From an uncultured Alphaproteobacteria bacterium (GTDB taxonomy: Bacteria > Pseudomonadota > Alphaproteobacteria > Rhizobiales > CAWCWK01), in NCBI GenBank assembly GCA_963799285.1, contig CAWCWK010000004.1, forward strand, positions 3,225,024 to 3,289,023: DNA of 64,000 nucleotides, in the 5' to 3' direction. How positions within the stretch are numbered: position 1 is the stretch's first letter; every line of letters begins with the position of its first letter. Position numbers and translations under genes: made by a program. This document shows, in pieces, positions 1-9,945 of this stretch. Below the pieces are notes generated by a model. That model was given only the letters and a program-made list of their open reading frames with translations, had not been told where the DNA came from and did not search any database.

Positions 1-728
<728 letters not shown>

Positions 729-925
729 TCAATTCCTTCTCATGTCAGTCGGGCGAGCCGCCCACGCCGCTGTCGCGACTTGCAAGGCCTGTCTCAGCAC
801 CTTGTCGGGTGCGCGGCGGATCGGGTGATGCGCCGCGTTCGGCTCCCCTTCGCGCATCGCGCGTCTATCGAGGGGCGGGTCCGCCCGCAGGCCCCGCTTG
901 CGGCGGGGTGTCGAGCGTTGAAGCG

Positions 926-955
926 GATATAGGAGGGGCGTTCTGGCGCCGCAAG
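926..955 (-). promoter_or_regulatory. Putative RpoH (sigma32)-type heat-shock promoter for dnaK
   Basis: The minus strand reads CTTG-N18-CCTATAT. This matches the alphaproteobacterial RpoH consensus CTTG-N17/18-CYTATNT. It lies about 200 nt upstream of the dnaK ATG. Confidence 0.45.
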
Positions 956-1017
956 CGCCTCGGCGCACGGGAATTTATGTGCTCTAGGGTCCCGTGCCCC
1001 CCCGAGAGGCCGTCTGG

Positions 1018-1332
1018 TCAGCGCAGCCGCACGGCCGTGCCGAAGGCGAGGAGCTCGGCCGAGCCCTGCACGATCATCGAGGTCGACAGGCGCATCCCGA
1101 TAATGGCATCGGCGCCCATGGCGCGTCCGTCCGCGATCATGCGGTCCATGGCCCCCTCACGCGCCTCGCCCATCATCTTGGTGTATTCGCCGATCTCGCC
1201 GCCGACGAGATTGCGCAGGCTCGCCACGATGTCGGTGCCGATATGCTTGGCCCGGATCGTGTTGCCCCGCGCGATGCCCAAAATCTGCTCGATCTCGCGG
1301 CCTGGCACGGTCTCGGTCGTCGTCACGATCAT
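1018..1332 (-). CDS. YbjQ/UPF0145 family protein
   Basis: 104-aa ORF. The stretch ...GIARGNTIRAKHIGTDIVASLRNLVGGEIGEYTKMMGEAREGAMDRMIADGRAMGADAIIGMRL... is collinear with E. coli YbjQ. Confidence 0.85.
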   Translation of the reverse strand: MIVTTTETVPGREIEQILGIARGNTIRAKHIGTDIVASLRNLVGGEIGEYTKMMGEAREGAMDRMIADGRAMGADAIIGMRLSTSMIVQGSAELLAFGTAVRLR

Positions 1333-1335
1333 CGT

Positions 1336-1560
1336 CTATCGCTCCACAGTGCGTTCGTAATGGTCGTCCTCGGCATTGCCGAGCCTGTCCCCCACCACCC
1401 GCGCGAGCAAATAGGCGAAGGGCGCCACGAGAGCGAGGACGACGAGGGCCAGGAGTGGCGAGAAGGACGCGGCGAAGAAGAGAACCATCCCGCCATAGAC
1501 GAGAACCCAGAGACCGGCCGCTCCCGCGACGGCCCAAAGGGCGAGCGTGTCGATCTTCAT
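1336..1560 (-). CDS. Small hydrophobic membrane protein (about 2 TM helices), function unknown
   Basis: 74-aa ORF immediately upstream of ybjQ, with a 3-nt gap and the same strand. The hydrophobic core is LWAVAGAAGLWVLVYGGMVLFFAASFSPLLALVVLALVAPFAYLLA. Confidence 0.5.
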   Translation of the reverse strand: MKIDTLALWAVAGAAGLWVLVYGGMVLFFAASFSPLLALVVLALVAPFAYLLARVVGDRLGNAEDDHYERTVER

Positions 1561-1635
1561 CGTGGGTCTCCGTCGTTGGATCTTTCGGGTGGCCTGCCGG
1601 CGCCGTCTGCGCCAAGTGGCTCAACGACAGGACAG

Positions 1636-2397
1636 ATGGCCGCTGGGAGAACCAAAGTGAAGAGCCCCGATCCCCAAGCTACGTCCGTTCCGGCCGATCC
1701 GCCTCCGCGCGCGCCTCTCCGGGAGCCCTTTCCGGATCTCGCTCCGGTACCCTTTCTCGATGCGCACGGCCAGCGCGCGCTTCTGGACGCGGTCCGCGCT
1801 ATTCTCGCCGCCGCGCCCGCCTATCGCCCCCGCATGCCGCGCACCGGCCAGCCGCTATCGGTGCGGATGACCAATGCGGGGCCGCTCGGCTGGGTGCCGA
1901 CAAGGGCCGGCTATGGCTATCAGGCACACCATCCGGAGACGGGACGGTCCTGGCCGGCCATCCCGGCGCTCGCGCTGGAGGCGTGGAAGACCTTCGGGAG
2001 CGACCCCCACCCGCCCGAGGCCTGCCTCGTCAACCTCTACGATCCGGGCTCGCGCATGGGGCTCCATCAGGATCTCGACGAGGAGGACCTCGGCGCGCCC
2101 GTCGTCTCGCTCTCGCTCGGAGACGAGGCGGTCTACCGGCTCGGCAACGCGGAGCGGCGGGGCGCGCCGACGCGCTCGTTCCGGCTGCGCTCGGGGGATG
2201 CGTTCACGCTTCAGGGCGCGGCCCGGCTCGCCTATCACGGCGTCGACCGGGTGGTGGCCCACACCGCGCCGCCCGGGCTCGACATGGCCGACATCCTGCC
2301 CGATGGCGGGCGGATCAACCTGACGCTGCGCCGGGTGACGAAACCCGATGCGACGAAACCTGATGCGACGAAACCTGACGCGACGAGACCCGGCTAG
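1636..2397 (+). CDS. alkB: Alpha-ketoglutarate-dependent dioxygenase AlkB (DNA/RNA alkylation repair)
   Basis: This is the C-terminal ~250 aa of ORF 994-2397: ...LSVRMTNAGPLGWV...EACLVNLYDPGSRMGLHQDLDE...FRLRSGDAFTLQGAARLAYHGVDRV...GGRINLTLRRV. I set the start at in-frame ATG 1636 because the upstream part overlaps two opposite-strand genes. Confidence 0.85.
   Translation: MAAGRTKVKSPDPQATSVPADPPPRAPLREPFPDLAPVPFLDAHGQRALLDAVRAILAAAPAYRPRMPRTGQPLSVRMTNAGPLGWVPTRAGYGYQAHHPETGRSWPAIPALALEAWKTFGSDPHPPEACLVNLYDPGSRMGLHQDLDEEDLGAPVVSLSLGDEAVYRLGNAERRGAPTRSFRLRSGDAFTLQGAARLAYHGVDRVVAHTAPPGLDMADILPDGGRINLTLRRVTKPDATKPDATKPDATRPG
2341..2385 (+). repeat. 15-bp tandem repeat, 3 copies, encoding (KPDAT)x3 at the AlkB C-terminus
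   Basis: The sequence is aaacccgatgcgacg / aaacctgatgcgacg / aaacctgacgcgacg, read directly from the window. Confidence 0.95.
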
Positions 2398-2400
2398 CCC

Positions 2401-2934
2401 TCAAACGCCCTTGTCGACGCTGAGCGGGGTCGATTTCGGGGCGAGGTCGACCTGGCCCTTCTCCGAATAGGGCGCGTTGGCGTGGGCCTCGTGGAGCTCG
2501 GTCGAGACGGCGCGCACCAGCCCCTCGGAGACGTCGCGCGCGGTACGCAGCGTCTCGAGATTGGCGCTGACGGAGCGTGCGAAGGCGTCGTGGCGCTGCG
2601 AGAGGCGCTCCATGCGCTCGGGCATCATGTTGCGCAAGACCGGTCCGTTGGCCCGCATTGCGCGCACCGCGGTGCGGTATTGGCGCACGAGGCGGTACTT
2701 GTCGTCGTGAAGGCGCATGGCCTCGCGCAGCTTGGCAGCGCGCACGAGCCGGGTCTCCGATTCGATGACCGCTTTCATCGCCTCCATCGTCTCGGTGAGA
2801 TGGAGGAGGAGACCGTCGGCCTCCGCCTCGTCGCGCACGGTCGCGATCTCGGTGTCGTCCTCGTCCTCGTCGATCGAGGCGGGTGCCCCGGCGCTCTCGA
2901 GGCTCGCGTGAGCGCCGATCTGGGCGCCGATCAT
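2401..2934 (-). CDS. Flagellar accessory protein, FlgN/FlbY-like coiled-coil protein
   Basis: 177-aa helical ORF whose start overlaps the stop of the rod-binding gene by 4 nt. It sits last in a flgI / rod-binding / X operon, as in Caulobacter flgI-cheL-flbY. The call rests mainly on position and composition. Confidence 0.5.
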   Translation of the reverse strand: MIGAQIGAHASLESAGAPASIDEDEDDTEIATVRDEAEADGLLLHLTETMEAMKAVIESETRLVRAAKLREAMRLHDDKYRLVRQYRTAVRAMRANGPVLRNMMPERMERLSQRHDAFARSVSANLETLRTARDVSEGLVRAVSTELHEAHANAPYSEKGQVDLAPKSTPLSVDKGV

Positions 2935-3218
2935 TGGCCGATCTCCTGGTAGCGCATCATGTCGCGCGCCAGCGCGTCGGAGAGGCCGATGCCGCCGACA
3001 TCGGCGACCGCGTTGGCGTATTCCTCGACCAGCATGGACTGCCAGGTGGCCGCGCCCGCGCCCGTCTCTCCGACGCCGTCCATCATCTCGCCGAACATGG
3101 CCTTGAACGAGGTCTGCAGAAAGACGGATTCGTATTCGCGGGCCATCTTGGCCACATGCGCCGGGACGCGGCCGTCCTTGATGCTCTGCATCTGCGCCGG
3201 GGAGACCTGGAGTTCCAT
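2931..3218 (-). CDS. Flagellar rod-binding protein (FlgJ N-terminal domain, CheL-like)
   Basis: 95 aa. The stretch ...AREYESVFLQTSFKAMFGEMM... is the typical rod-binding domain core. It lies directly downstream of flgI. Confidence 0.75.
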   Translation of the reverse strand: MELQVSPAQMQSIKDGRVPAHVAKMAREYESVFLQTSFKAMFGEMMDGVGETGAGAATWQSMLVEEYANAVADVGGIGLSDALARDMMRYQEIGQ

Positions 3219-3263
3219 GGGGTGCCTTCTCGAGACTGGTGGACGAGGAAGAGAGAGGGTCGG

Positions 3264-4508
3264 CTAGATGACGTCGAGATCGGCCTGGAGCGCGCCCGAC
3301 GCCTTGATAGCCTGAAGGATGGCGATCATGTCGCGCGGACCGACACCGAGCGCGTTCAGCCCGTCGACGAGCTCCGAGAGCGTTACCTGCTCGGCGACGA
3401 TGGCGAGGCCGTTGAGCGGCTCGTCGTCCACCGTCACCTGGGTGCGGGGTACGACCGTGGTCACGCCGTCGGAGAAGGGCGAGGGCTGGCTGACCTGCGG
3501 CGCCTCGGTGATCGTTACGGTCAGGTTGCCCTGCGCGACGGCGACCTCGCTGACCCGGACGGCCGCGCCCATGACGATGACGCCGGTCGATTCGTCGATC
3601 ACCACGCGGGCGATCTGGTCGGGCGTCACGGTCAGCTGCTCGATCTCGGTGATGAGACCGACGATGTCGGCGCGCCCGGCGGTGCTGGGATAGCCGTCGC
3701 CGCCCTTGGAGACGACGGCGTGTGTGCCCCCTAGGATGAACTCGGCCGGAACGTCGAGCCGGACGGTCGCCGGGTCGGTCGCCTGCGCGACCTTGAGGCC
3801 GAGAAAGCCGTTAATGGCGCGCTCGATGCGCCGCGCCGTCGTGAAGTCGGGATTGCGCAGCGACAGGCGCAGGCTGCGCACATGGGAGAGGTCGAAGCCG
3901 AGTTCGCGCTCGACGAGGGCGCCATTGGCGATGCGGGCCGAGGTCGGCACGCCGCGCGTGATGGTGGCCGCCTCGCCCACGGCCGCGAAGCCGCCGACGG
4001 CCAGCGGGCCCTGCGCGACCGCGTAGGCCTCGCCGTCGGCACCGAGAAGGGGGGTGACGAGGAGCGTGCCGCCCAGGAGCGAGCGCGCGTCGCCCATGGC
4101 CGAGACCGTCACGTCGATCCGGGTGCCCTGGGTGGCGAAGGGGGGAAGGTTCGCCGTAACCATGACGGCGGCGACATTGGCCGTCTTCAAGCGCTCGCCG
4201 CGCGTGTTGACGCCCATGCGCTCCAGCATCGCCTCGAGGCTCTGGCGGGTGAAGGGCGAGTTGTTGAGGCCGTCGCCCGTGCCATTGAGGCCGACGACGA
4301 GGCCGTAGCCGACGAGCTGGTTCTCGCGCACGCCCTCGACCTCGACGAGGTCCTTGATGCGCGACGCCGCCTCGGCCGTGGCGGGCGCGAGGACGCCGGG
4401 CCCCATAACGAGGCCGGCGGCGAGGCCGAGCACCGTCGCGGCGCCGGCCATACGGCGCGAGAGGCAGGAGACGATTTCGGCAGCGCGGCGCGTGCGCCGG
4501 CGCAGCAT
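3264..4508 (-). CDS. flgI: Flagellar P-ring protein FlgI
   Basis: Contains ASRIKDLVEVEGVRENQLVGYGLVVGLNGTGDGLNNSPFTRQSLEAMLERMGVN... through ...ILQAIKASGALQADLDVI. The start is ambiguous: in-frame ATGs occur at 4559, 4508 and 4451. The track ORF extends to 4727. Confidence 0.92.
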   Translation of the reverse strand: MLRRRTRRAAEIVSCLSRRMAGAATVLGLAAGLVMGPGVLAPATAEAASRIKDLVEVEGVRENQLVGYGLVVGLNGTGDGLNNSPFTRQSLEAMLERMGVNTRGERLKTANVAAVMVTANLPPFATQGTRIDVTVSAMGDARSLLGGTLLVTPLLGADGEAYAVAQGPLAVGGFAAVGEAATITRGVPTSARIANGALVERELGFDLSHVRSLRLSLRNPDFTTARRIERAINGFLGLKVAQATDPATVRLDVPAEFILGGTHAVVSKGGDGYPSTAGRADIVGLITEIEQLTVTPDQIARVVIDESTGVIVMGAAVRVSEVAVAQGNLTVTITEAPQVSQPSPFSDGVTTVVPRTQVTVDDEPLNGLAIVAEQVTLSELVDGLNALGVGPRDMIAILQAIKASGALQADLDVI

Positions 4509-4525
4509 CGGCCTGTCTTCACAGG

Positions 4526-4555
4526 CCACCCGACTATCAGCCACCCGACTATCAG
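4526..4555. repeat. 15-bp perfect tandem duplication (ccacccgactatcag, 2 copies) at or just upstream of the flgI 5' end
   Basis: Read directly from the sequence. It would encode SRVADSRVA if flgI starts at 4559. Confidence 0.95.
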
Positions 4556-4708
4556 ACATGCGACCCAACCCCTCATCGACCGTCGTGCGGATAAGCGCGA
4601 ACGGATCGCGCGCCGTGTTCGAGCCGCATCGTCCCGCAACGTGGTTAACGGGGGGTTTCGCGGCTGTGGCGTTTTGAGGCGGCCGCGCGGGCCAAGTCGG
4701 GACAGGCG

Positions 4709-4724
4709 TTAACCGCTCGTTAGG
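4709..4724 (+). promoter_or_regulatory. Imperfect CtrA-box-like motif (TTAA-N7-TTAG) in the flgI/fliX divergent region
   Basis: The sequence is TTAAccgctcgTTAG, about 100 nt upstream of the proposed fliX start. It has one mismatch to TTAA-N7-TTAAC. Confidence 0.3.
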
Positions 4725-4825
4725 CAAAGCCCGCGAGGGTGAGGCCAGACCATCCCGACCGGACGTCGTCCAGGCCCGGGATCATCCGAACCCGAGATCA
4801 TCTCGAGCGAAAGGCCGGTGACTGC

Positions 4826-5314
4826 GTGTATATCGAGGCCAAGACGAGGCGGATCGGCTCTGCCGTGCCCCGCGCCGGGGCGCAGGCCACAGGCGGCACG
4901 GGGCGCGGCGAGTTCGCCGCCCTCCTCACCGGGCGTCGGCCGCTGCGCAGCCCGTCCATGCGGGCGGCCGGTGCCGTCGAAGGCCTTCTATCGCTGCAAG
5001 CCGGCGAGGAGGCCGTCTCGCCGGCGACCCGGCGCCGGGCCCGCAAGGGCCTCGCGATCCTGGAAACACTCGACGAGGTTCGCGCCGACCGCCTCGCCGG
5101 CGGCGAGGGACGGGACGCGCTCGATGCCCTGGCCGGCCAGCTGCACGCGCTGGGCGGTCCCGGCATGGACGCCGGACTGGAACGGGTCATGGCCGCGCTG
5201 GAGCTGCGGGTGCGCGTGGAGCTCGCCAAGGACGAGACGGCGCGGGCGTCCCATACCCGTGACGGTACAGACTGGCGAATGCCGGCGATGGACGCCCCGA
5301 CGGGCCGTCGATGA
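4826..5314 (+). CDS. fliX: Flagellar assembly regulator FliX
   Basis: The stretch ...LLSLQAGEE...RRRARKGLAILETLDEVRADRLAGGEG...LERVMAALELRVRVELAK resembles Caulobacter FliX. It is divergent from flgI, as in Caulobacter. I set the start at GTG 4826; the track ORF begins at 4739. Confidence 0.72.
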   Translation: MYIEAKTRRIGSAVPRAGAQATGGTGRGEFAALLTGRRPLRSPSMRAAGAVEGLLSLQAGEEAVSPATRRRARKGLAILETLDEVRADRLAGGEGRDALDALAGQLHALGGPGMDAGLERVMAALELRVRVELAKDETARASHTRDGTDWRMPAMDAPTGRR

Positions 5315-5471
5315 CCGAAATTTAAGCGGCCTTTGCAAGGCTCTAGGGGTATCGCGCCACAGCTTGTTCATCTTTGCGCGTATGCTGTGTGCGAAACGCC
5401 CGTCGGCGGCGCTCCCGCATCACACGGCCATCGCGCCGGGCGGTCCGCCGGAAGGATTGCCAGACGGGCCG

Positions 5472-5505
5472 CCAAGACCGAGAGAGAACCAAGACCGAGA
5501 GAGAA
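5472..5505 (+). repeat. 17-bp purine-rich tandem repeat (ccaagaccgagagagaa, 2 copies plus a degenerate third) in the dksA leader
   Basis: Read directly from the sequence. A degenerate continuation runs to about 5530. Confidence 0.9.
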
Positions 5506-5606
5506 CGAAGACCGATACGACCGAGAACGACAATGGCGGGCGGGTTCACATCCGGTCCCGCACAGGGCGCCGCCGGGAGAGCGGGGTCCGGCAATCAGGG
5601 GAACGT

Positions 5607-6023
5607 ATGATGTCGCTGATCGAGATGGACTACCAGCCGAGTCCGACCGAGCCTTTCATGAACGAGAGGCAGAAGGACTATTTTCGCCGCAAGCTCGTGG
5701 CCTGGAAGGAGGAGCTCCTTCGCGAGGGCCAGGAGACGCTCGATTCGTTGAGCCGCGACCGGATCGCGCTGCCCGACATCGTCGACCGCGCCTCGTCGGA
5801 GACCGACCGCGCGATCGAGCTGCGCGCCCGCGACCGGCAGCGCAAGCTCATCACCAAGATCGACGCCGCGCTCGCCCGGATCGAGGACGGCTCCTACGGC
5901 TATTGCGAGGATACCGGCGAGCCGATCGCGTTGAAGCGCCTCGACGCGCGGCCCATCGCGACGCTCTCCATCGAGGCGCAGGAGCGGCACGAGCGCCGCG
6001 AGCGGGTCTATCGCGACGACTGA
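5607..6023 (+). CDS. dksA: RNA polymerase-binding transcription factor DksA (variant lacking the Cys4 zinc finger)
   Basis: 138 aa: MMSLIEMDYQPSPTEPFMNERQKDYFRRKLVAWKEELLRE...DRASSETDRAIELRARDRQRKLITKIDAALARIEDGSYGYCEDTGEPI. The ATG at 5607 was verified. Confidence 0.92.
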   Translation: MMSLIEMDYQPSPTEPFMNERQKDYFRRKLVAWKEELLREGQETLDSLSRDRIALPDIVDRASSETDRAIELRARDRQRKLITKIDAALARIEDGSYGYCEDTGEPIALKRLDARPIATLSIEAQERHERRERVYRDD

Positions 6024-6084
6024 AACCCGGAGCCGGCGCAGGTCGGCACGGGTCGGCTTCGGCATCACCACGATCGAACACGAA

Positions 6085-6112
6085 AAAGGCCGGACCTCCC
6101 AGTCCGGCCTTT
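6085..6112. terminator. Bidirectional rho-independent terminator between convergent dksA and flgL
   Basis: aaaggccggac-ctccca-gtccggccttt forms a perfect 11-bp stem with A/T runs on both sides. Confidence 0.7.
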
Positions 6113-6149
6113 CCCGTTCGTGGCCGCGTCACGGCGGCCGTGGCGCCTT

Positions 6150-7832
6150 TTAGAGCACGTTGGCGAGGCTGAGGCGCGAGATCATGGATGTCGTCTGGAA
6201 GCTCATCTGCAACTGTGTCTGGAGCGCGAGGAGCTGGGTGGCGACGAGGTTGTTGTCCGACGCCTCGACGCGGTCGATCATGTCCTCGGCCAGCACATCG
6301 CGGAAGCGGTGGCGCTGGCGGGCCTCGTCGACGGCGACCTGAACGGAGGCGAAGTCGGCCTGCATGGCGCGGCTGCGCTGGTCGGTCTCGGTGCCCGATA
6401 CCGAGAAGCGGACCCGGTCGGCCATGTCCATGTAGCGCGCCCGGTTCTCGTTGTCGTCGACGGGGAAGTCCTCGCTGGCGAAGACGGCGAGCGCGGCGAG
6501 CGTGTCCTTGAAGAGGTCCTCGTTGGCGCGGGCACCGTAGGAGACCTTGAGGTTGTCGTCGATCTTGGCGACGGCCGAATCGCGCGCCCGGCCCCCGCCG
6601 ACCTCGCCGGTGTACCAGAGCGTGGTCGTCGCCCTGGCGGCCGCGACCGGCTCCCAGCCGTCCTGGGTCGCGTTCACGCGCTTGGGATGGGTGGTGCTGG
6701 CCGCGTCGTCATAGGCGAAGAAGTCCTCGGCCGCCTGGATGGCGGAGGCGTTGGGCAGTTTCTCCGCCGTCATCTCGGTCAAGGCGGCCTCGATGGCGGC
6801 CTGCATGTTGGCGGCGGTGGCGGCGATCCTGTCGGCGGGCGTCGCACCCTCACCGAGCTCGAAGCCCCTGATGTCGTTGGGCTCGCGAAGGGCCGGCGTA
6901 TAGGTGCCGGCGACGGCGACGAATTCCGGGTCCCTGGCGCCCGCCGGACCGGCCTTCAGTCGGATGGTCTCGATGAGATGGGTCTGCTCGGCGCGCGTGC
7001 GCTCGCGTGTGGGGTCCTCAGCGATCGGGTAGAGGTCGGGGTCGTATCCGGGCATCTCGACCTCGAAGGAGATCCAGTCGCCGACGGCCGGCATGGTCGC
7101 GCCGAGGTCGAAGCCGAGGGTCTCGGAGACCCCTCCCGCGGCGGGCACGTATGTCGTCGGATCGGCGGGAGCGGTGGTGACGGTCGCCGGCAGGCTGGTC
7201 AGCAGGGAGTCCGGCCTCAGCTTGAGGCCGAACGGATTGGCCTCGTCGCTCAGCGTCACGCCCGCCGTGCCCGAAGCCACCACGCCGATCCGCCCTAGCG
7301 CGCCGTTGGCGCCGGCCTTGTCGGCCGCCTGGCGCTCGTCGATGATCTCCAGGAGACCGTCCTTGCCGCCTGCGCCGTTCATGATCGCGTCGGCGCCGAT
7401 ATTGGAGGCCCCGTCGGTCTTGCGGCCGGAGAAGAGACTGCGGTCCTCGTATTCGGTGTTGAGGAGGGCGAGCATCTCCTCGAGGCGCTTGTCGGCCAGC
7501 ATCTGCTGCACCGTCTTGCCTCCCGAGGTCAGCTGGACGTTGGCCTCGAGCGTGCCCGTGGCCGTGTCGTTTAGGATGCTCTCGACGCGCTGGAGGACGA
7601 GCTGCGTCGCCTCCAGGCGCCCCGAGACGAAGGAGATCGTCTGGCCGAAGGACGACGACTTCGACAGCTGGGCCCGCATGGTCAGCGATACGTCGCGCCC
7701 GGCGCCGAGGCCGGCGAAATCGCGGCTCACCTTGCCGGTCGAGAGCTGGCGCTGCAGGTCGCCCATCGTGTCCTGCATGTTGCGGATCTGGTAGCTCAGG
7801 TTGGTGCCTGCGCCGTAGCCGGAAATAAGCAT
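6150..7832 (-). CDS. flgL: Flagellar hook-associated protein 3, FlgL (flagellin-like termini)
   Basis: 560 aa. N-terminus: ...MQDTMGDLQRQLSTGKVSRDFAGLG. C-terminus: ...ATQLLALQTQLQMSFQTTSMISRLSLANVL. It follows flgK. Confidence 0.85.
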   Translation of the reverse strand: MLISGYGAGTNLSYQIRNMQDTMGDLQRQLSTGKVSRDFAGLGAGRDVSLTMRAQLSKSSSFGQTISFVSGRLEATQLVLQRVESILNDTATGTLEANVQLTSGGKTVQQMLADKRLEEMLALLNTEYEDRSLFSGRKTDGASNIGADAIMNGAGGKDGLLEIIDERQAADKAGANGALGRIGVVASGTAGVTLSDEANPFGLKLRPDSLLTSLPATVTTAPADPTTYVPAAGGVSETLGFDLGATMPAVGDWISFEVEMPGYDPDLYPIAEDPTRERTRAEQTHLIETIRLKAGPAGARDPEFVAVAGTYTPALREPNDIRGFELGEGATPADRIAATAANMQAAIEAALTEMTAEKLPNASAIQAAEDFFAYDDAASTTHPKRVNATQDGWEPVAAARATTTLWYTGEVGGGRARDSAVAKIDDNLKVSYGARANEDLFKDTLAALAVFASEDFPVDDNENRARYMDMADRVRFSVSGTETDQRSRAMQADFASVQVAVDEARQRHRFRDVLAEDMIDRVEASDNNLVATQLLALQTQLQMSFQTTSMISRLSLANVL

Positions 7833-7939
7833 CGTCTATACCCTCAACTCGTGTCGCGCCCGGCGAAGCGTGCGCCTTGTCGTCTGGTCCCGGTCGTCCG
7901 CGCGGCCTGCGCGCCGCGCACCGGCGTTTCGTCCAGGCG

Positions 7940-9790
7940 CTACCGGACGGAGTTCATCAGCTGATCCATCAGCTCTTGCACCACGCGGATGACCTGGCTG
8001 TTGGCGTTGTAGATGTTCTGCAGGTCGAGGAGGTCGGCCATCTCCTGCTCGATATCGACGCCCGAGGCCCGCTCGGCGCGCTCGACGAGGCTCTGCGTGA
8101 CGAGCGACTGCGCGTCGGCGCGGCGCGCCTCGTTGGCGGTGCGGGCACCCTGCGAGGAGATGACGGCGCGCAGATAGTCGGACGGGGTCCCCTCGAAGGG
8201 CTTGCCCTGACCGCCGACGCCGCCGGCGGGCGCGAAGCTGCGCGTCGCGCCGTCAAAGGCTTCGAGAAGCGCCTCGGGCCGGGCCGTGTCGCCCTGATAG
8301 GTGGTCGCCGAATAGCGCACCAGCCGGCTCGGATCGTTCGTGATGTCGGCGTTGACCGAGATGCTGGCCGCGAAGCCGAGCTTCTGCTGGAAGCCGAGGC
8401 CGGGCGCGTTCGTATAGGCCGTGGCGCCAGCGGTGAAGAGCGGCAGGCCGAGGCCGGTCGTCGCATTGGCGTCGGTCTCGGTGATGGAGGCGGACGAGCC
8501 GGTGATCGTGGCCGTGCCGGAGCCGATTGCCGTCAGGCCGGGCGCCGTCCAGGTCACGTCGACGCCATTGGCCGAGTTGCCGCCAGCCGTCGTGATCGCG
8601 GTGTCGATGGCGGCATTGATCGCGGCGCTGTTGGCGGTTGCGAAATCGATGCCGACGACGATGTCGTTGGGATCGGTCGTATAGGTGGGATCGACGGTGG
8701 CGGCCGAATTGACGAGCGTCAGCGTCCGCTCGGTCGTGCCGTCGTTGAACGCGATCGAGATCGCGTCGCCGTCGCCCATGCCGGTGAGGTCGTAGGCAGG
8801 TGCCGCCGCCGTTCCGGTGTTGTCGATGGAGGAGCTGGCGGTCGCCTTGGCGAGCGCGTGGGCGATCTCGTCGAGCTGGGCTTGCGCCTCGACGAGGTCG
8901 ATGTCGCGCATGTCGACGAGGCCGGCGAGCTTGCCGCCGCGCAGGCCGTCGAAGGAGAGGAGGTCGAGCTTGGCGCCGTCCGGCATGCCGATCGTGATCG
9001 TGCCGACGCCGCGCTGCGCGTCGTCGCGGTCGTAGAGCTGCTGCGCCGAGACCGAGCGGCGGCTGTCGAAGGAGATCTCGACGGCGCGGATGTCGTGCAG
9101 CATCACGCCGCCGGTCGTCATGACCGTGACGCCGCCATTGCCCTTCTCGAAGGTGCGGACCTCCATGAATTCGTTGAGTCGGTCGATGGCGATGTCGCGC
9201 TGGTCGAGAAGGTCTGCGTCGACGCGGCCCATGCCGGTCTCCATGACGATCTGCGCGTCGAGGCGCTCGATCTCGCGCAGCGCGTCATTGGCCTCGCGCA
9301 CGCCCTCGGCGATGCCGACCTCGGCCTGGCGGCGCAGTTCCTGCACGCCGTCGGAGAGCTGGTTGAGCCGGGCCGCGAAGCTTTGCGCCTGCGAGAGCAC
9401 CTCCTGGCGCGCGCCGTTGCTCTCGGGCGTCGTCACGAGGCCCTCGAGCGCCTCGACGACGTCGTTGAACATGGTGTCGAGCGCGATGTTGCTGCCCGGC
9501 TGGCCGAAGAGGAGGCCGAGCTGCGACTGGAGCCCATTGCGCGCCTCGGTCTCGGCCATTCGGGCCGTCTCCTGGCGCACCGAGCGCTGGAGCATGACGT
9601 CGAGCGCGCGGGTCGCCTCGAGCGAGCGGACGTAGTTCGAGCCGTTGGCGTCGACATAGTCCTGGTCGTGCAGCTTGCGGGTATAACCCTTGGTGGTGGA
9701 GTTCGCGATGTTCTGGCTGACGATCTCGATCGAGCTCTGCGTGACCTGCAGACCCGACAGAGCGGTGCCCAATACGTTGCCTAGACCCAT
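7940..9790 (-). CDS. flgK: Flagellar hook-associated protein 1, FlgK
   Basis: Begins MGLGNVLGTALSGLQVTQSSIEIVSQNIANSTTKGYTRK and ends ...EMADLLDLQNIYNANSQVIRVVQELMDQLMNSVR. ATG 9790 is preceded by AAGGGG. The track start at 9799 is a GTG. Confidence 0.9.
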   Translation of the reverse strand: MGLGNVLGTALSGLQVTQSSIEIVSQNIANSTTKGYTRKLHDQDYVDANGSNYVRSLEATRALDVMLQRSVRQETARMAETEARNGLQSQLGLLFGQPGSNIALDTMFNDVVEALEGLVTTPESNGARQEVLSQAQSFAARLNQLSDGVQELRRQAEVGIAEGVREANDALREIERLDAQIVMETGMGRVDADLLDQRDIAIDRLNEFMEVRTFEKGNGGVTVMTTGGVMLHDIRAVEISFDSRRSVSAQQLYDRDDAQRGVGTITIGMPDGAKLDLLSFDGLRGGKLAGLVDMRDIDLVEAQAQLDEIAHALAKATASSSIDNTGTAAAPAYDLTGMGDGDAISIAFNDGTTERTLTLVNSAATVDPTYTTDPNDIVVGIDFATANSAAINAAIDTAITTAGGNSANGVDVTWTAPGLTAIGSGTATITGSSASITETDANATTGLGLPLFTAGATAYTNAPGLGFQQKLGFAASISVNADITNDPSRLVRYSATTYQGDTARPEALLEAFDGATRSFAPAGGVGGQGKPFEGTPSDYLRAVISSQGARTANEARRADAQSLVTQSLVERAERASGVDIEQEMADLLDLQNIYNANSQVIRVVQELMDQLMNSVR

Positions 9791-9945
9791 GACCAACACC
9801 CCTTACGACTTACGCGACACGTTCGGGCGGGGCCCTGGGGCCGCGCGCACCTTTAACCCTGTCCGTTCACCACGATAGCCCGTTCAGGGTTATCGCCGCT
9901 TTAACGAGATTTGGGCATCGGACGTGGCCCCCCTCGTCTTGTGCG

